A stretch of 64,000 nucleotides of DNA from Proteromonas lacertae (taxonomy: Eukaryota), in NCBI GenBank assembly GCA_002245135.1, contig NGBS01001161.1, forward strand, positions 310,001 through 374,000, in the 5' to 3' direction. The notes beneath the pieces were generated by a model, which had not been told where the DNA came from, did not search any database, and worked only from the letters and a program-made list of their open reading frames with translations. Positions 1-13,468 of the stretch are shown piece by piece; within the stretch, counting starts at the first letter, position 1; the number at the start of each line of letters is the position of its first letter. The position numbers and the translations under genes were made by a program.

Positions 1-1415
1 TAGGAATTGCAGGAGGGACTGCTGTTCCATTAGTTAATTATATTACAAAGGTATTATTAATATATATAATTTATGAATAATAGACAGTTGCTAATAAAAA
101 CTTTAGGAATATTGAATTTATGCATTTACTAACAGCAGGAAGTGTACCATACACTAAACTTGAGAATACTCACAAGTTTTCTACACGTTGCTTTTATTTA
201 GGTCAAAATATGAGAAAACCAATAGAAGAAGGAAATGCAGATTATGTATATATAAATATGCAATTAATATTATATTAATACACAGTGTCCAATATTTTTC
301 AGTGATATTCCAAAACTGTACAGAGAGAAAATCATTCCAATTGATATATGTTTAGTAAATCTAAGTCAACCAAATGATAATAACTATTGTTCACTTGGTG
401 TGTCTTGTGGTGAAACAAGAGCTGCAATTGAATCTGCAAAAGTATATTATTATAATATATATATATATATATCAGTAGATTGTAATAGGAATGATAAATA
501 AAAAGATGCCGTATAGTTTTGGTGATAGTGAAATTCATATTTCTAATATTGATTATTTAGTGAATATAGATGATGAAATAGAAGAAATAAAACTTCCTCA
601 AATAACTCCAGAATCCAGAATAATTGCTAATTATATATCAGAAAAACTTATTGAAGATAAAGCTACACTTCAAATCGGTGTTGGATCTGTTATAATGGCA
701 TTAATGGAGAATTTGAATTCATTTAAAGATATTGGAATTCATACTGAAGTATTTAGTGATGGTTTAATACCATTGTATAATAAAGGTATTATTACTGGTA
801 AATACGTATAAATATATATATCATTTATCTCTATTTATTAATAGAAAACTGTGGATAATGGTTTAATAACAACGACATTTGTAAAAGGTAGTAAAATGAT
901 GTATATATTTTTATAATTATTTTTTTATTATTCTATTGCATATTAGATATGACTTTGTTGATAAGAATAAAGATGTTATTGTTCGAGATGTTGCATTTAC
1001 AAACAATCCATTTGTTATAGCGAACAATTATCATATGATATCAATAAACTCAGCAATTGAAATAGATCTAACTGGTCAAGTTGTTTCAGATTCTATAGGT
1101 AGTTATATATACAGTGGAACAGGAGGACAAGTAGATTTTGTTTATGGAAGCTCTTTATGTCCTGCAGGAAAGTCTATCATAGCTATGTCGTCTTGTACAA
1201 AAAAAGGTAAATCAAAAATAGTCTCATGTATTGAAAAAGGAGCTGGAGTTGTAACAACGAGAGCAAATGTGAGATATGTAGTGACTGAATATGGTATTGT
1301 AGATCTTTTTGGTAAATCGATAAGTGAAAGAGCTAAATTACTAATAAGCATTGCTCATCCTTCTAAGCGATCAATTTTATATGATGAAGCACATAAAAAC
1401 GGTATAATTATTTAA
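1..1415 (+). CDS. Acetyl-CoA hydrolase/transferase (acetate:succinate CoA-transferase subfamily 1B / 4-hydroxybutyrate CoA-transferase-like), 5'-partial, about 5 introns
   Basis: Spliced translation gives the motifs CSLGVS, LQIGVGS, GIHTEVFSDG, INSAIEIDLTGQV, SGTGGQVDF and VVTEYG...RAKLLISIAHP. GT-AG micro-introns are present, e.g. 51-83. Confidence 0.9.
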
Positions 1416-1528
1416 AAACTAACGTAAATTCTGTGATTCTTTTTGTATATATTAAGGGAATAATAATTACATTTTTTAATACAGTATTCAAGCCAAACTT
1501 TTCATTCGTTATTTGTTTATAAGAATCA

Positions 1529-4500
1529 ATGGGCATTTTAGTAGTTTTAAATATTTTATTATTTATTCCTGCTTTTGTTGGAGCAAATTTTGCTGTGATT
1601 ATAAGAGATTCAGCTCAAATAACTTTTTATGAGACATTCTTTCGTTCTCTAGCTGGTGACCCAACTGTCCAGGTTTTTGCTTGTGATAGTGGTTTAGATG
1701 CAACTCTAAATATATTAAAGACTGGTTTATATCAACATGTTTTCACAGATGATTGCTTATACGATATGGTAGATGATCTAAAAGATTACCCATGTTATTT
1801 TTGGATGGCATATCCACTTGCTCAGGAGAAATGTTCCAAGAATGTAATATATTACAGTTCATTTGTTCCTATGATGATTTCATGTATTTATATTATATTT
1901 ATAATATAATAGTTGGTCAAGCATTTGTAAAAAGATTCCAAGATCCTAGAATCAATGTATATATCGTTGAAGATGATAAGAATAATGTTAAGAACAATAA
2001 TGTATATGATATGATGAGTGGTAATATCAGACATTATGGATTTAACTCTGTATTTGATATTTTACCTGAGAATTTTGATGCAAATATAACATCAATCTTA
2101 TCAAAGAATGAAAAAACAATATTCTTGTGGGTAAATAGAAATAAAGATAAAATAAAGAAGTTTTATGGTGATGCTAGTTTTGATTCAACTAAACATATTG
2201 TATATTCATTCATTCACTTTGAAATTAAATCAATAACATCTCCTGGAACAAATACATTAAAAAATCTAAAAGAATCAACTCAAATGTTTACTGTTTATAT
2301 CAGGAATGATACAGCATTTGAGAGTTTAGTTAATTCTATAGATTCAGCAAGACAATTTACATATACAGATATAATGTTTTACAATATTTATTACCTTTTA
2401 TTAAATGGTAATACATTATCAGGAGGACTATCACCAATTGCTTTAGTTAAATCACTCTATTACCAACGTTTTTATTTTACATCAGGTGCTGTTTATCCAT
2501 TACCTAATAATTTTATATCAACATCATATTATAGTGTCAAATATGCTGATACAAATGATGATAGTGTAGATTTATTAGCCGTACAACATGAATATTTACC
2601 AAATGTTTATTTTGACCCAAAAGAACAAATGGGTAATGTTCCTTTACAGCATTGTAGTTGGCAAGCAAATCCGTTTACTGGTAACGTCAGCATTAGTCCT
2701 GTTGTTATTTTGTTCTTAAATCCAAATAGTGGTGAGGCAAGTCGTAACAGTGTATTGTCTATACTTTATTTATTATATTGTTAATAGCAATCATTAAGTG
2801 ATTTAGAGACAGCAGTTGTTGATCATATTAATAGACAAGGAGGAGTACTTGGCACTTATATTCGTGGGTATGTTATTAATACAAATATACCTTGGGAAGT
2901 TTTGAAGATAAAAGTATAAATAGTTTATATTTTTTAAATAATTATAGCTAATTGGATTTTATAATAGATATAAAGTTCCAGTAATGTTTCAATCGTCAGT
3001 AGGAGAAACAGCATATAAAATACATGACTGTATGAATAATAATTCTATTATTTTATTGTAGTATCAATTGAACAACAATGGAATACAATGTTTTTTGTTT
3101 TAAGTAATTCAAATTCTGCTCAATGTGATAATTATGGAACATTCTATTTAGGAATGTCTGCTTCAGTTGTATCGAAAGCATTAGTTAGTCATTATTTAGA
3201 GGAAAATATTAATTCAGTTTTTATAGTTGGAACTACAGAAGAGTATCATTTATAAATTGTATTTATATCATTGTTTAGATTTTCAGTAGCTTTATTAGAT
3301 CTTTTAAAAATAAGATTGACAGAATATGAAATATTTATCGAATCACAAGCAATAATGGCTGCTACTGATCTGGATAATGGTATTGTAATAGCTAAAGCGA
3401 TTAAGAAGTCTTATCCAGATGGTGGTTATGTTATTAATGCTGCATCAAGTTCATATAATCAATATTTATTTGAAGCATTGAATATTGAAGGTGTAAATGA
3501 GACAAATGGTTATTACATTTATAATGTATTTTTATCTGAACAAGATGTTACTTATTTTAGTAATTCAAATGTATAATGATGTAGTTATTAATATTAAATA
3601 GTTGACTGGATTTTATTCTCTTGGATATTATTTTGATTCAGAAAAAATACCATCAATGGAAGCAATAAAGAGTAGTTTATATGATAAAGACTATAGATTA
3701 ACATCAGATTTAGTTATTGCAAGAAATGCAATTGAAATGTTAAAACAGATTATAATTCATGCAAATACATATGATATGAATACTATACAACAGTATATAT
3801 GTTTTATTAATCTTATCATATTCTGTTTATAGATTTATGTTTTCTCAAACAATAACTGATCCTAGTATTTACAGTATTGAATTTTCTGGTTTTGCCAGAA
3901 TGAAAATAAAAATATATAAAGTGAATTATTTAAATGAATTTGAAGATATTTATACACCAAAGTTTACATTTTATTCAGATTATGCTTACCCATCAAGTTA
4001 TGTTTGTTCTTGGAAAGATTGTATATTGTTTTTATTATGATTATTATTTATAGCTGAAACTGATGGAATTCACAAATACAAATTGTTAGTTTTTGGTAGT
4101 ATTTATGATAGAACAAATCCAGATCATTTACCATATATTACTCAATTGAATGATATTATAGAATCAGCTAATTCTTTAGAAATTATACAAGAAGCAATTA
4201 TATATATTTATCATTTTAAATATTTAGATGAAGATCCATATAAGAACTATGAACTAAACATTTTTGAAATGGTTCATAATACTTATAATAATTCTGATCC
4301 AATCTTTCTTGGTATCTTTGGAGGATATGATGGAGAAGAAATTGAAAGAATTGAACCATTATTAAAGAAATATGATTTGTTATTCTTTGATTTACATCCT
4401 CATTATGGTGAAACATGTAATTCTCAAGTTGTTCATGTTGGAGGTACTTTTAATCAGTTTGGAGAATCTCCTTTAGTTTATGCTTTACAAAGTTCTGAAT

Positions 4501-7500
4501 CAATTGCCATTTTTACTGATAATTTAGAAAATAACATACAAATATCAAATACAGCTGTGAGTATGTTAAATCAGTTCACTACATCTGATATTTATACTGA
4601 GACTGTTACAAATTCAACAAATTGTACAAGTGTTGATGATATAATTAATACTTTACAATCAAATTATACATCATCAAGTGTATTTATATTTATGAGTCAA
4701 AAGAATGTTGAAAATATTATATTGAACTGTTATTCATACAATCCCACTATAAGAGTATATGCATTTGATGTTTGGGATAAAACTATTCATAAGAATCCTG
4801 AGAAATGGAATGGAGTTTATATCATTTCTACATATTTAAGTTCACTTAATACTACAGAAAATGTACAGTATAATATGTTAGTAAATGAGAAAGTGGGAAA
4901 TAATATTGATTTCTTCACTCCATTTGTAATTAATATTTATGATGTTTTGCTATTATATCAGAAAGATTTAACTTTGTTAGAAGAACAACATACTACAGTA
5001 GAATACTTATCTGCATTATATGCTGAAGAAATATCATCTATATATGGAACAATATCTTTGAATTTCAATAATTATTTAGATAGACCTGTTTATGTTACTC
5101 AGATTATGAGTTGTTCAGTTTGTCCTAATGGTTATTATCATAGTCCGTTTTATATCAGTTCATCACCAAAAAGAGGATTTCCATATGCTACATATGCAAA
5201 TGATAATAAGTATTATGAATGCAACTTTGTTGATCCATATATTCAAGAGAAAAAAGAGATTGCATCATTTCCTATCACTTTCTTATTAGATTTAAACAAG
5301 ACAATTGAATCATTTGGATTGTATGGATTAATGTTGACTGTTATAGAAAAAGTGAATAGTGCTGGTGGTATAAGAGGTTTACAAGTGTCAGCTGTTGTTA
5401 GATCATGTCCTGTATCTGATGCTTCTGATTTGTTTTTAAAATTGAAATCAGAAAATGTAAGATATATTTTCAGTATTTGTTCACAAGAGTCTTTCACTTT
5501 AATGAAAGAACCCATTAGTTTACTGGATGTTATATTCTTTCAAGCAGGTAGAAATTATGGTTATGAATGTGCATATAATATTTTGATGCTTAGCACTGCT
5601 GCTTATCAGGAAATAACACCTTCATTTTTATATCTTATCAAGAAATATGGAGCTGTTAATATTGTACTGGTTTTCAAAGATGATAAGTTCAGATCAACAA
5701 GAATATTATTGATTAATTCAATGTTGGAATTAGCACCATTTAAATCTATAAAGAATTTCATATTTTCAGGTGATGCAACAACAGCTGAAAGAAATTTGGT
5801 TCTACAAGAAGCAGTCAATTCATTACAACAGTATCAAGAGTTGTGTTTGACAGTTTTAGTGATGGATCAAGATGATTTAGAACAATATGCAAAATATTAC
5901 TATGAAGTTATTGGTGGTGGAACACAAAGTGGTTTAATTAACGCAGAAAAGATTTATCCAGTAGTTGCTCAAACAGAAGTCTATGGCACTTTAAAGAATC
6001 CATCATATTTAAATGGTTTTTACCTATTAACTGCTTTTTCAAATTATCAACCTACTCCATATGTTGTTCAGTTTAATCAAGATTATGGTTCTTATGTTGA
6101 TGGCTTCTTTGTTCCTTATAGTGTTGCATTAGTGTATGCTGGATTTCAATTATTAACAACGTCACTACAAAAGATTGAACAAGAAAAGGCTACAACCAGA
6201 GCAATTATTAATTTGTTTTTGGAGTATTATGATTATAGTATTGGTGGTTATATTTTCTTAAATCCATATTCTAAACACCTTCAACAACAGTATGTCATAG
6301 CTCAGTTTAAGGATAATACATTAAGTAATTTTGTTACAATTTCAGATATGTTTCCATCTCGTCCTTTTTATAAAGGATATACAATACCTGATACTACAAG
6401 ATGTGATGGTGAAAATGTAGTGGAAGTAGATATTATATTTTTGGCAGTATTCTTTTCATTTACTGAAGATGAACTTGAAAAATCATTACAAATAGTAGAA
6501 TCTAGTTTCCTTTCACTTGAATCTACTGTGTATTTACCAGATGGTAGAGCAGAAGGTATTTTCCTCTGTGATATTCATGGAGATCCAGAAGGAAGAGGTG
6601 TAGAGTGTTTTAAGCAAGCTGTGTCAAGAAAAGCAGTTGGTGTATTTGGAACAACAAGATCTGAAGATATTGTAGTATTTGGTAAGTTGTGTGATGAATA
6701 CAATATGCTTTATCTTATCCCATTTTTGACTGAAGGTAAATATTGTAATGAATATACATTCTTTGTATCACCACCAATCTCTGCATATGTATAATTATAA
6801 TATATATATTTTTATTAATAATAGGATACTGTATTTTCGTCAATTACAAGAAATTTCTTGTATGATATGGTAATAATAATGAGTGATACAACTAATGCTC
6901 AAGGTATTGGAAAATATTTACAAGGTGAATTAAGTTATAGAGGTGCTAAAATAGTTAAGCAGCATACAATTCCTTATACTGATGTTGATTTAGAACCATT
7001 AGCAGACACTATAAAAATGGATTTACCAAATGGCGGATTCATTTTGAATTTGTTAGAAACAGGTCATGCTATTGATTTTCTGAAAGTTATGTATGATAAA
7101 CAACTGAAATATCCAGATTATAAAGTAATGTCATTCTTTGTAGATGTGGATATAATTCGAGATACTGGTGAAGGAAAATATTTAGAAAATCAATACTTTT
7201 GGACTATATATAATACATGGGAACTTGCTGATTTTACTGTGTTTAATACATGGTATAGCAAATTAATGACATATCGAAATTGGTATTCAACAATAGCAGT
7301 TACTACTTATAATACATTATGGATGTATATTTGTTGTAAGAGCTCATTTCCAGATTATAATTCGATGATGATGAGATATGCATTTCAACAATTGACTGTT
7401 CCAACTACTTTTGGTTCATTGTATCTACTAAGAACAAATGTTTATGAAACTCCAGTTTATTTAACACAAGTTACAACACTTCCTAATCAAGCTTATACTC

Positions 7501-10500
7501 TTACTACAAAATATAAGCCAGCTTTGGCAAGACAGATTCCAGAAGTATTACAGTATAATTTCATGAAATATGAAACTTGTAATTTTGTTTATGGCAGTCC
7601 ATTATATGGAAGAATTAGTTATCCATATATTTCAGTTGGACTAATGTTATCACTGACTGGTTCTGATAGTACTAATGATAGGCCTTTATTTGAATTGATT
7701 CTTGGTTATTTTAAATATATAAATACACAATATGATATTCATGGGTATAAGATTAAAACTATTTTAAATAATCTTGAATCACAGATTGATAAAGTTCAAC
7801 CAGCTGTTCAATCATTTTTAAGTCAAGGAGTATCAATAATTATTGGTTGTACAAATAGTGCGTGTAAAACTAAAGTAATTGAATCATTGGCAAACAATTT
7901 AGATGTTGTTTATTTCTATATTGGTAATGTAGAAGGTGAAGAATGTCATTCAACTGCTTATTATACTGGTCATTTACCCAATCAGTATATTTTCCAAACT
8001 GTCGAATATCTAGTCAAATCAAATTTACCTAAAACATTGTTGATAGTTGCAACAAAAGGATCTGCATATTCTGTTAGAATAAGTGAAATTGTTAGGAATA
8101 TTGCTTATTTTCTACTCGATTTATTAGATATTCAATATTTAGCTTCAACATCATCATATAGTACGTTTTTATTTTCTATTCCTTCATTATGTCCAAGTAA
8201 TGGTTGTTCTATTATACTAACAGGTGATATGAATGATGTAATACAATTTATTAATGACTATCATTCTTCAACATTAACTGAATCAATGTATCCAATATTT
8301 GCAATGACACTAAGTATGATGAATAAAGATTACTTCACTGAAGGTAATTTCAAGAATTTATATATTCCAACAATCTACACAGCTCAAGCTCAAGAATCCT
8401 ATCCAACTTTAACTGTAAAAAATACAATATTCCATTATAGTGGATATGCAACTACAGATTCATTAATAAGTGCTTATTATGCTGCAAATATTATATCTCA
8501 AGGTTTTATGGAAGCTCCGGATATTTCAAATCATTATTTTCATAGTATAGTGTCTGGTCATAAATTTCAAGGTCCATTAAGTGTTTCTACATTTTATGAT
8601 ACACATTATATTGATCATCCCTTTATATTAGTACATATCAACTCAGATGGAGTAGAAGAATTAGCTGCCTATCATTTAGAACCTGTCAAACCATTACCTT
8701 GGAATTGGATGCTTCCTACAGAATTAGGTAAATCATGCTCGTTTGGTATGGGAGGTATTACAACATTTACTCAAGAAAAAGTTGTTTCTGTTACTACTTT
8801 CATTAATATGTCAGGAGAGGATGTTGAATTGAATAATGGTGTATCAGAAGCAATAAATGCAGTAATTGATAGTTATAATGCTGCAAATGGAATTAATGGA
8901 TATACTATTGTTCATTATTTAATAGAAATTGATGATTTAGCTGATGCAATTAAATCAGTAGAAGAGATGGCTAGTTTTATTAAACATAGATCTGTAAGTG
9001 CTGTTCCAGTCACACCATTATTTATATTAAGTTATAATGAAGAAATAAGAGATGGAATTTATGGAAAAATTGCTGATATGGAAGGTTTATTGGTTGATGT
9101 ATCAATGTCAGTTCCAAATTATTGTGAAAAGAGTGTTGTATCTGCAAGTTTAACAATTGGTTACTATGATAGATTATTGGATATTATTATTCATAGACAT
9201 TATCCTGGTTTTGCAATTATCAGTGAATTAGATAATGTAGCTTCATCTTATGTAAAGAAATACTTAGAAAGAAAAGGTGGTAGTGTATTGATGGTTTATT
9301 ATGATGAAAATAACTTGAATGTAATTGTAATGTCATCTTTATTACATACATTAAAATCTCAATTCTCTGAAGGTTGTTTAATCTTTTTAGGTAAATCAAA
9401 ATATCATTCTTTATTAAATGCAGGAATGATAAATACTGAATTATATGAACCAAAATACCATTTAATATCGTTTACAAGTGGTGGTGAAATAGTAGATTCA
9501 ATCGAGAATATATTACCATTTGAAGCAGCTGGTGCTTATTCTCAATCAATAAGTCGAAATGAAAATACTGAATTTCTAAACCGAATGAAAGCCTATTACA
9601 CTGGTTCAACATTTTTGAGTGATAGAATAGCTAGAACTTACTCAGTATTAAGTCTATTGTTTGATTCAATGATAAAAGCAGGAACAGTAAGTGATTTTTC
9701 TTTGATAAGAGAAACAATGTATCATACCAGTTATTCTGCACCTGAAGGTGTATTGACATTATCTGAGAATAATTATCTAACTCGTGTGATGACCTTATCA
9801 ACATATGATCCTTCAAGCAAAACATTTACTCTTGTTTATTCAACCGAAACAGCAGTTGAAGGTACAGCTTGGATAAGTGATGGTAAAGTAGAGATAAATT
9901 CATGTAATTTTGTAGATTTAAGTATAGGAAAAAAGAAAAAAGAGAAAACAATAAGTGTAGTAATTCCAGTTGCTTTAACAGGTGTTGATCAAAAAGATGA
10001 ATTAAAATTATTAGATTCAATATTACTAGCAATTGATGAAATAAATGAGAATGGTGGTATTTTAGATAATAAAGTAATAGCTGATATAAGAGATACAAAT
10101 TCTGATGAAGCAGAATTCCTTAGTATAGTTGAAACAGTGAAAGACACAGATTCAAAGTTAATAATTGGTGGAATAAAGAGTGAAGTATATTCAAATGTTG
10201 GACCAAGAGTTGATAAAGTTTTATACATATTCCCTGGTTATAATCCAGGTGAAGTATGTTATGAAAATGCTATATCAGTTAATTTCATGTTAAATCAACT
10301 AAGAAATCCATTACAGATTTATTTATACAAAGAAATGAAGACAATCTTTATAGTTTATGAATCAAATGAAATAAGTCAACAATGTCGATTAATGGTAGGA
10401 AAACTAATAGGTGAATCTCATTTGACTAGTAATGGTCAGACATTATTAACAAACAGTAATATTCAAACATCAGTGATGTTAATGCAAAGTAAATTATTAG

Positions 10501-13404
10501 ATGGTGGAACAATAGTAAATTGTCTATCTTCTTCAATAACAGTTGATCTTATGAAAGAAATGTGTAATCAGAATTTATATCCACCAACTTATACAATAGT
10601 TAGTTTATTCTTCCAAAATCATTATTTAGATGATTTAGGTAATATAAATAGTAAATGTATAGCAAATCATTATGTAATTTCTTCCTTCTTTCCTTCTTTA
10701 TCTGATGACTCTTCATCAAAAATAACAATCTCATCCACTTCTTTGAATGGATTTGTGAATAGTTTAGGTCAAAGAATAGGTTGGAATGAGAGAATAGAAT
10801 CTTATATGGAAGCAGCCTATTCTTCAATGATATTATGGGCTGATGCAGTTCAGAAAGCCTATACATTTGATTCATCTTTAATAAGATCTGTAATGTATGG
10901 TAGAAAATATAATTCTCCTTCTGACTTTTTGATAATATCGAATAATAATGTAGCAAGTCGAAGAATATATACAGCTTATATAACAGCGAATAAAGATTTG
11001 TATGTAGTTGAAGGTCCAGATGAAGCAATAACACCAAATGTGTATAGTGATATAAACGCAAATGGATTAGCTAATCATTATTGTGATTGGTCTAGTGCAA
11101 ATGGTGGGAAATCTTTTAAAAATTGAGTAAGAATATTTTAATGGTTCATAATACTGATGCAACAGATCAATTGACTGATTTATATAGATCATTAGCTGAG
11201 AAGGTGTATATTGATGCAATAAATCAAGATGGTGGAATATTAGGTTATAATCTAATAATCATTGATGCTTATTTAAGTGTAAATTCAGGTGAAATGAGAA
11301 GAAAAATAAAGAATATGATAATAGATAATGATGTAGTTGCTGTATTTGGATGTTCTTCAATATTTTGCATTGATGTAATGAGTGAAGTAGCGAATGATTT
11401 AAAGATATTATTCTTTACAACTCAATCTGATGATGGTACAATATGTTCTCCATACACAATTCATACTGGTCCAGCTGTGAATCAATTAATTGATCCACTA
11501 TATAGTTTCCTTCCAACAGTTGAAGTTAAAGCTGTGTATGTAATTGGATATGAAATTGAATCAATGAGTTCAATGATAAATGTGATAATGGATAAAACAG
11601 AGAGTATAGGCTTATCATTTGGTGGAGCTTGTAGTTATTTATCAACAAATAATCCCAACTGCTGAAAGTTTTAAGAATTGTACATTATCTTTAGAAAAAG
11701 TATATACTCAATATGATAGAGTTTTTGTTTATGCTTTAGTTTACCCATTTGAATTGTCTTATTTTATTGATTCTTTAAGAGACAATAACATTTTAATGGA
11801 ACATATTAAGTTAATTTTCTTTTCATATGAACCAATATATTTCAATGATGATGATTTAGATTATATAGATGGAAATTTCATTATTACACCAAGTGGAGAT
11901 GGAACTCAGAATACAGTAGCTTTATCATTCACAAGATTAATTCAATCCAATTTAGGATCTGATTTCCCAATAACAGCAACAATGACATATATGTATTCTG
12001 CTCTACAATTATGGAAAGCAGGAATAGAAGTAGCAACAAAACAAGTGAATGGAGAATGGCCTGGAACAGAATATGTAAGATTAACAATGATAGGTCAAAG
12101 AGCAAATACTCCAGGTGGAACAACAACAGTAAAATCATCAATGTATACAACACAATCATTCTATATAACCGAAATTGTCAGTAAAGAAGAATCATTAATA
12201 TATCCTGCAAAAGGAACTGTTATTGAAATGGATCCGTTATTAACAAGTGATTGTGAATTTGGTATTGCCAAGACACTATTTTCATACAATAGTATAGTTA
12301 GAGTAATAGTATTTGTATTAGTTGGTATTATAATGGTATTTTGTGTGTATTGTTGTTATTTCTTATGGAATTATCGTGAATTGAAGATAGTGAAATTTGC
12401 CTCTCCATTGTTTTTGTTTTATATGTTGATATCTTTAGCTTTGTTAGGTGCAGAAGGTGTTGTATTTGTGTTTGAACCAACAAGTGATGATTTAGTTTGT
12501 GCTTTTAGAGTTTGGGGTTTGGCATTAACAGTTGATTTGGTATTTAGTATTATTATAGCCAAAGCTTGGAGAATTCATAGATTATTCAACAATAAAGAAC
12601 TTAAGAAAGTATAATACACTATTACAATTGTTATTATTAAATAGATTAATATCTCGAATGGATCATTATTGAAAGTTATATTTGTAGTTTTAGGTGTGCA
12701 AGTGATATATCTTGGTATTTGGTGGTTAGTAGATAGATCAAAATACACAGAAACTTTTAGTCCATCTTATTCATCTTTCTTTGAAGATGTATATATTCCT
12801 GAATGTACAGAAAGTCAATACTTTATTTACATTCAAATTGCTGTTGTAGCAGTGATGTTTGTGTTTGGTATAAGATTAGCTTGGTCAGTAAGAAAAGCTT
12901 CAAAAGAGTTTAATGAATCAATCACCTTAGCTTCAACATTTTTGATTATGTGTATGAAATATATTATTCTAATTTTTATTTAATAGTGATTATTGGTGTT
13001 ATTGATATACCATTGAACTTTATATTATCAGATAGTCCAAATGTATTAGTGTCATTAAGAGCATTTGGAGATGAATTAGGTGTAATAATCATTTTATTAA
13101 TACAATATTTCCCCAAAATCTATGCAGCTTATACAACATCATCTGCTATTGATACTGTTACATTAGATCCGTCCAAAACAACAACTGCTACCACAAAGTA
13201 TATATACACATTATTTTATTCTGTTCTAGACAAACACAAACTCGACAGTCTATTTCTGAGAATCATGAAGGAAGTAGAGGTCAGTCAATCAATAAGAAAT
13301 TTGATAAAGATACTGATAATTATGATATGGAAAAGATTACAAAAGCTACTTTAGCATCTATTTTAGTTTTATCTCAAGATAATCCAAATATGAGAGAAGA
13401 TTAG
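1529..13404 (+). CDS. Giant class C GPCR: signal peptide + 9 tandem type-I periplasmic-binding (UrtA/AmiC-like Venus flytrap) modules + 7TM (7tm_3), roughly 3,800 aa. About 12 introns and two apparent 1-nt frameshifts (11118-11122, 11654-11656)
   Basis: N-terminus MGILVVLNILLFIPAFVGA. Nine copies of a (L/Y)FxxxxxxGxxC-like motif recur at ~1.15-1.3 kb spacing. 7TM signatures are KIVKFASPLF, CAFRVW, IIAKAWRIHRLF, FGIRLAWSVRKASKEFNES and YFPK. Stop TAG at 13402-13404. Confidence 0.85.
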
Positions 13405-13468
13405 ATTTATTATTATTATTATTCTGTCTAGTTACACTATTTTTTATATTCTAAATAAACAACATAAA

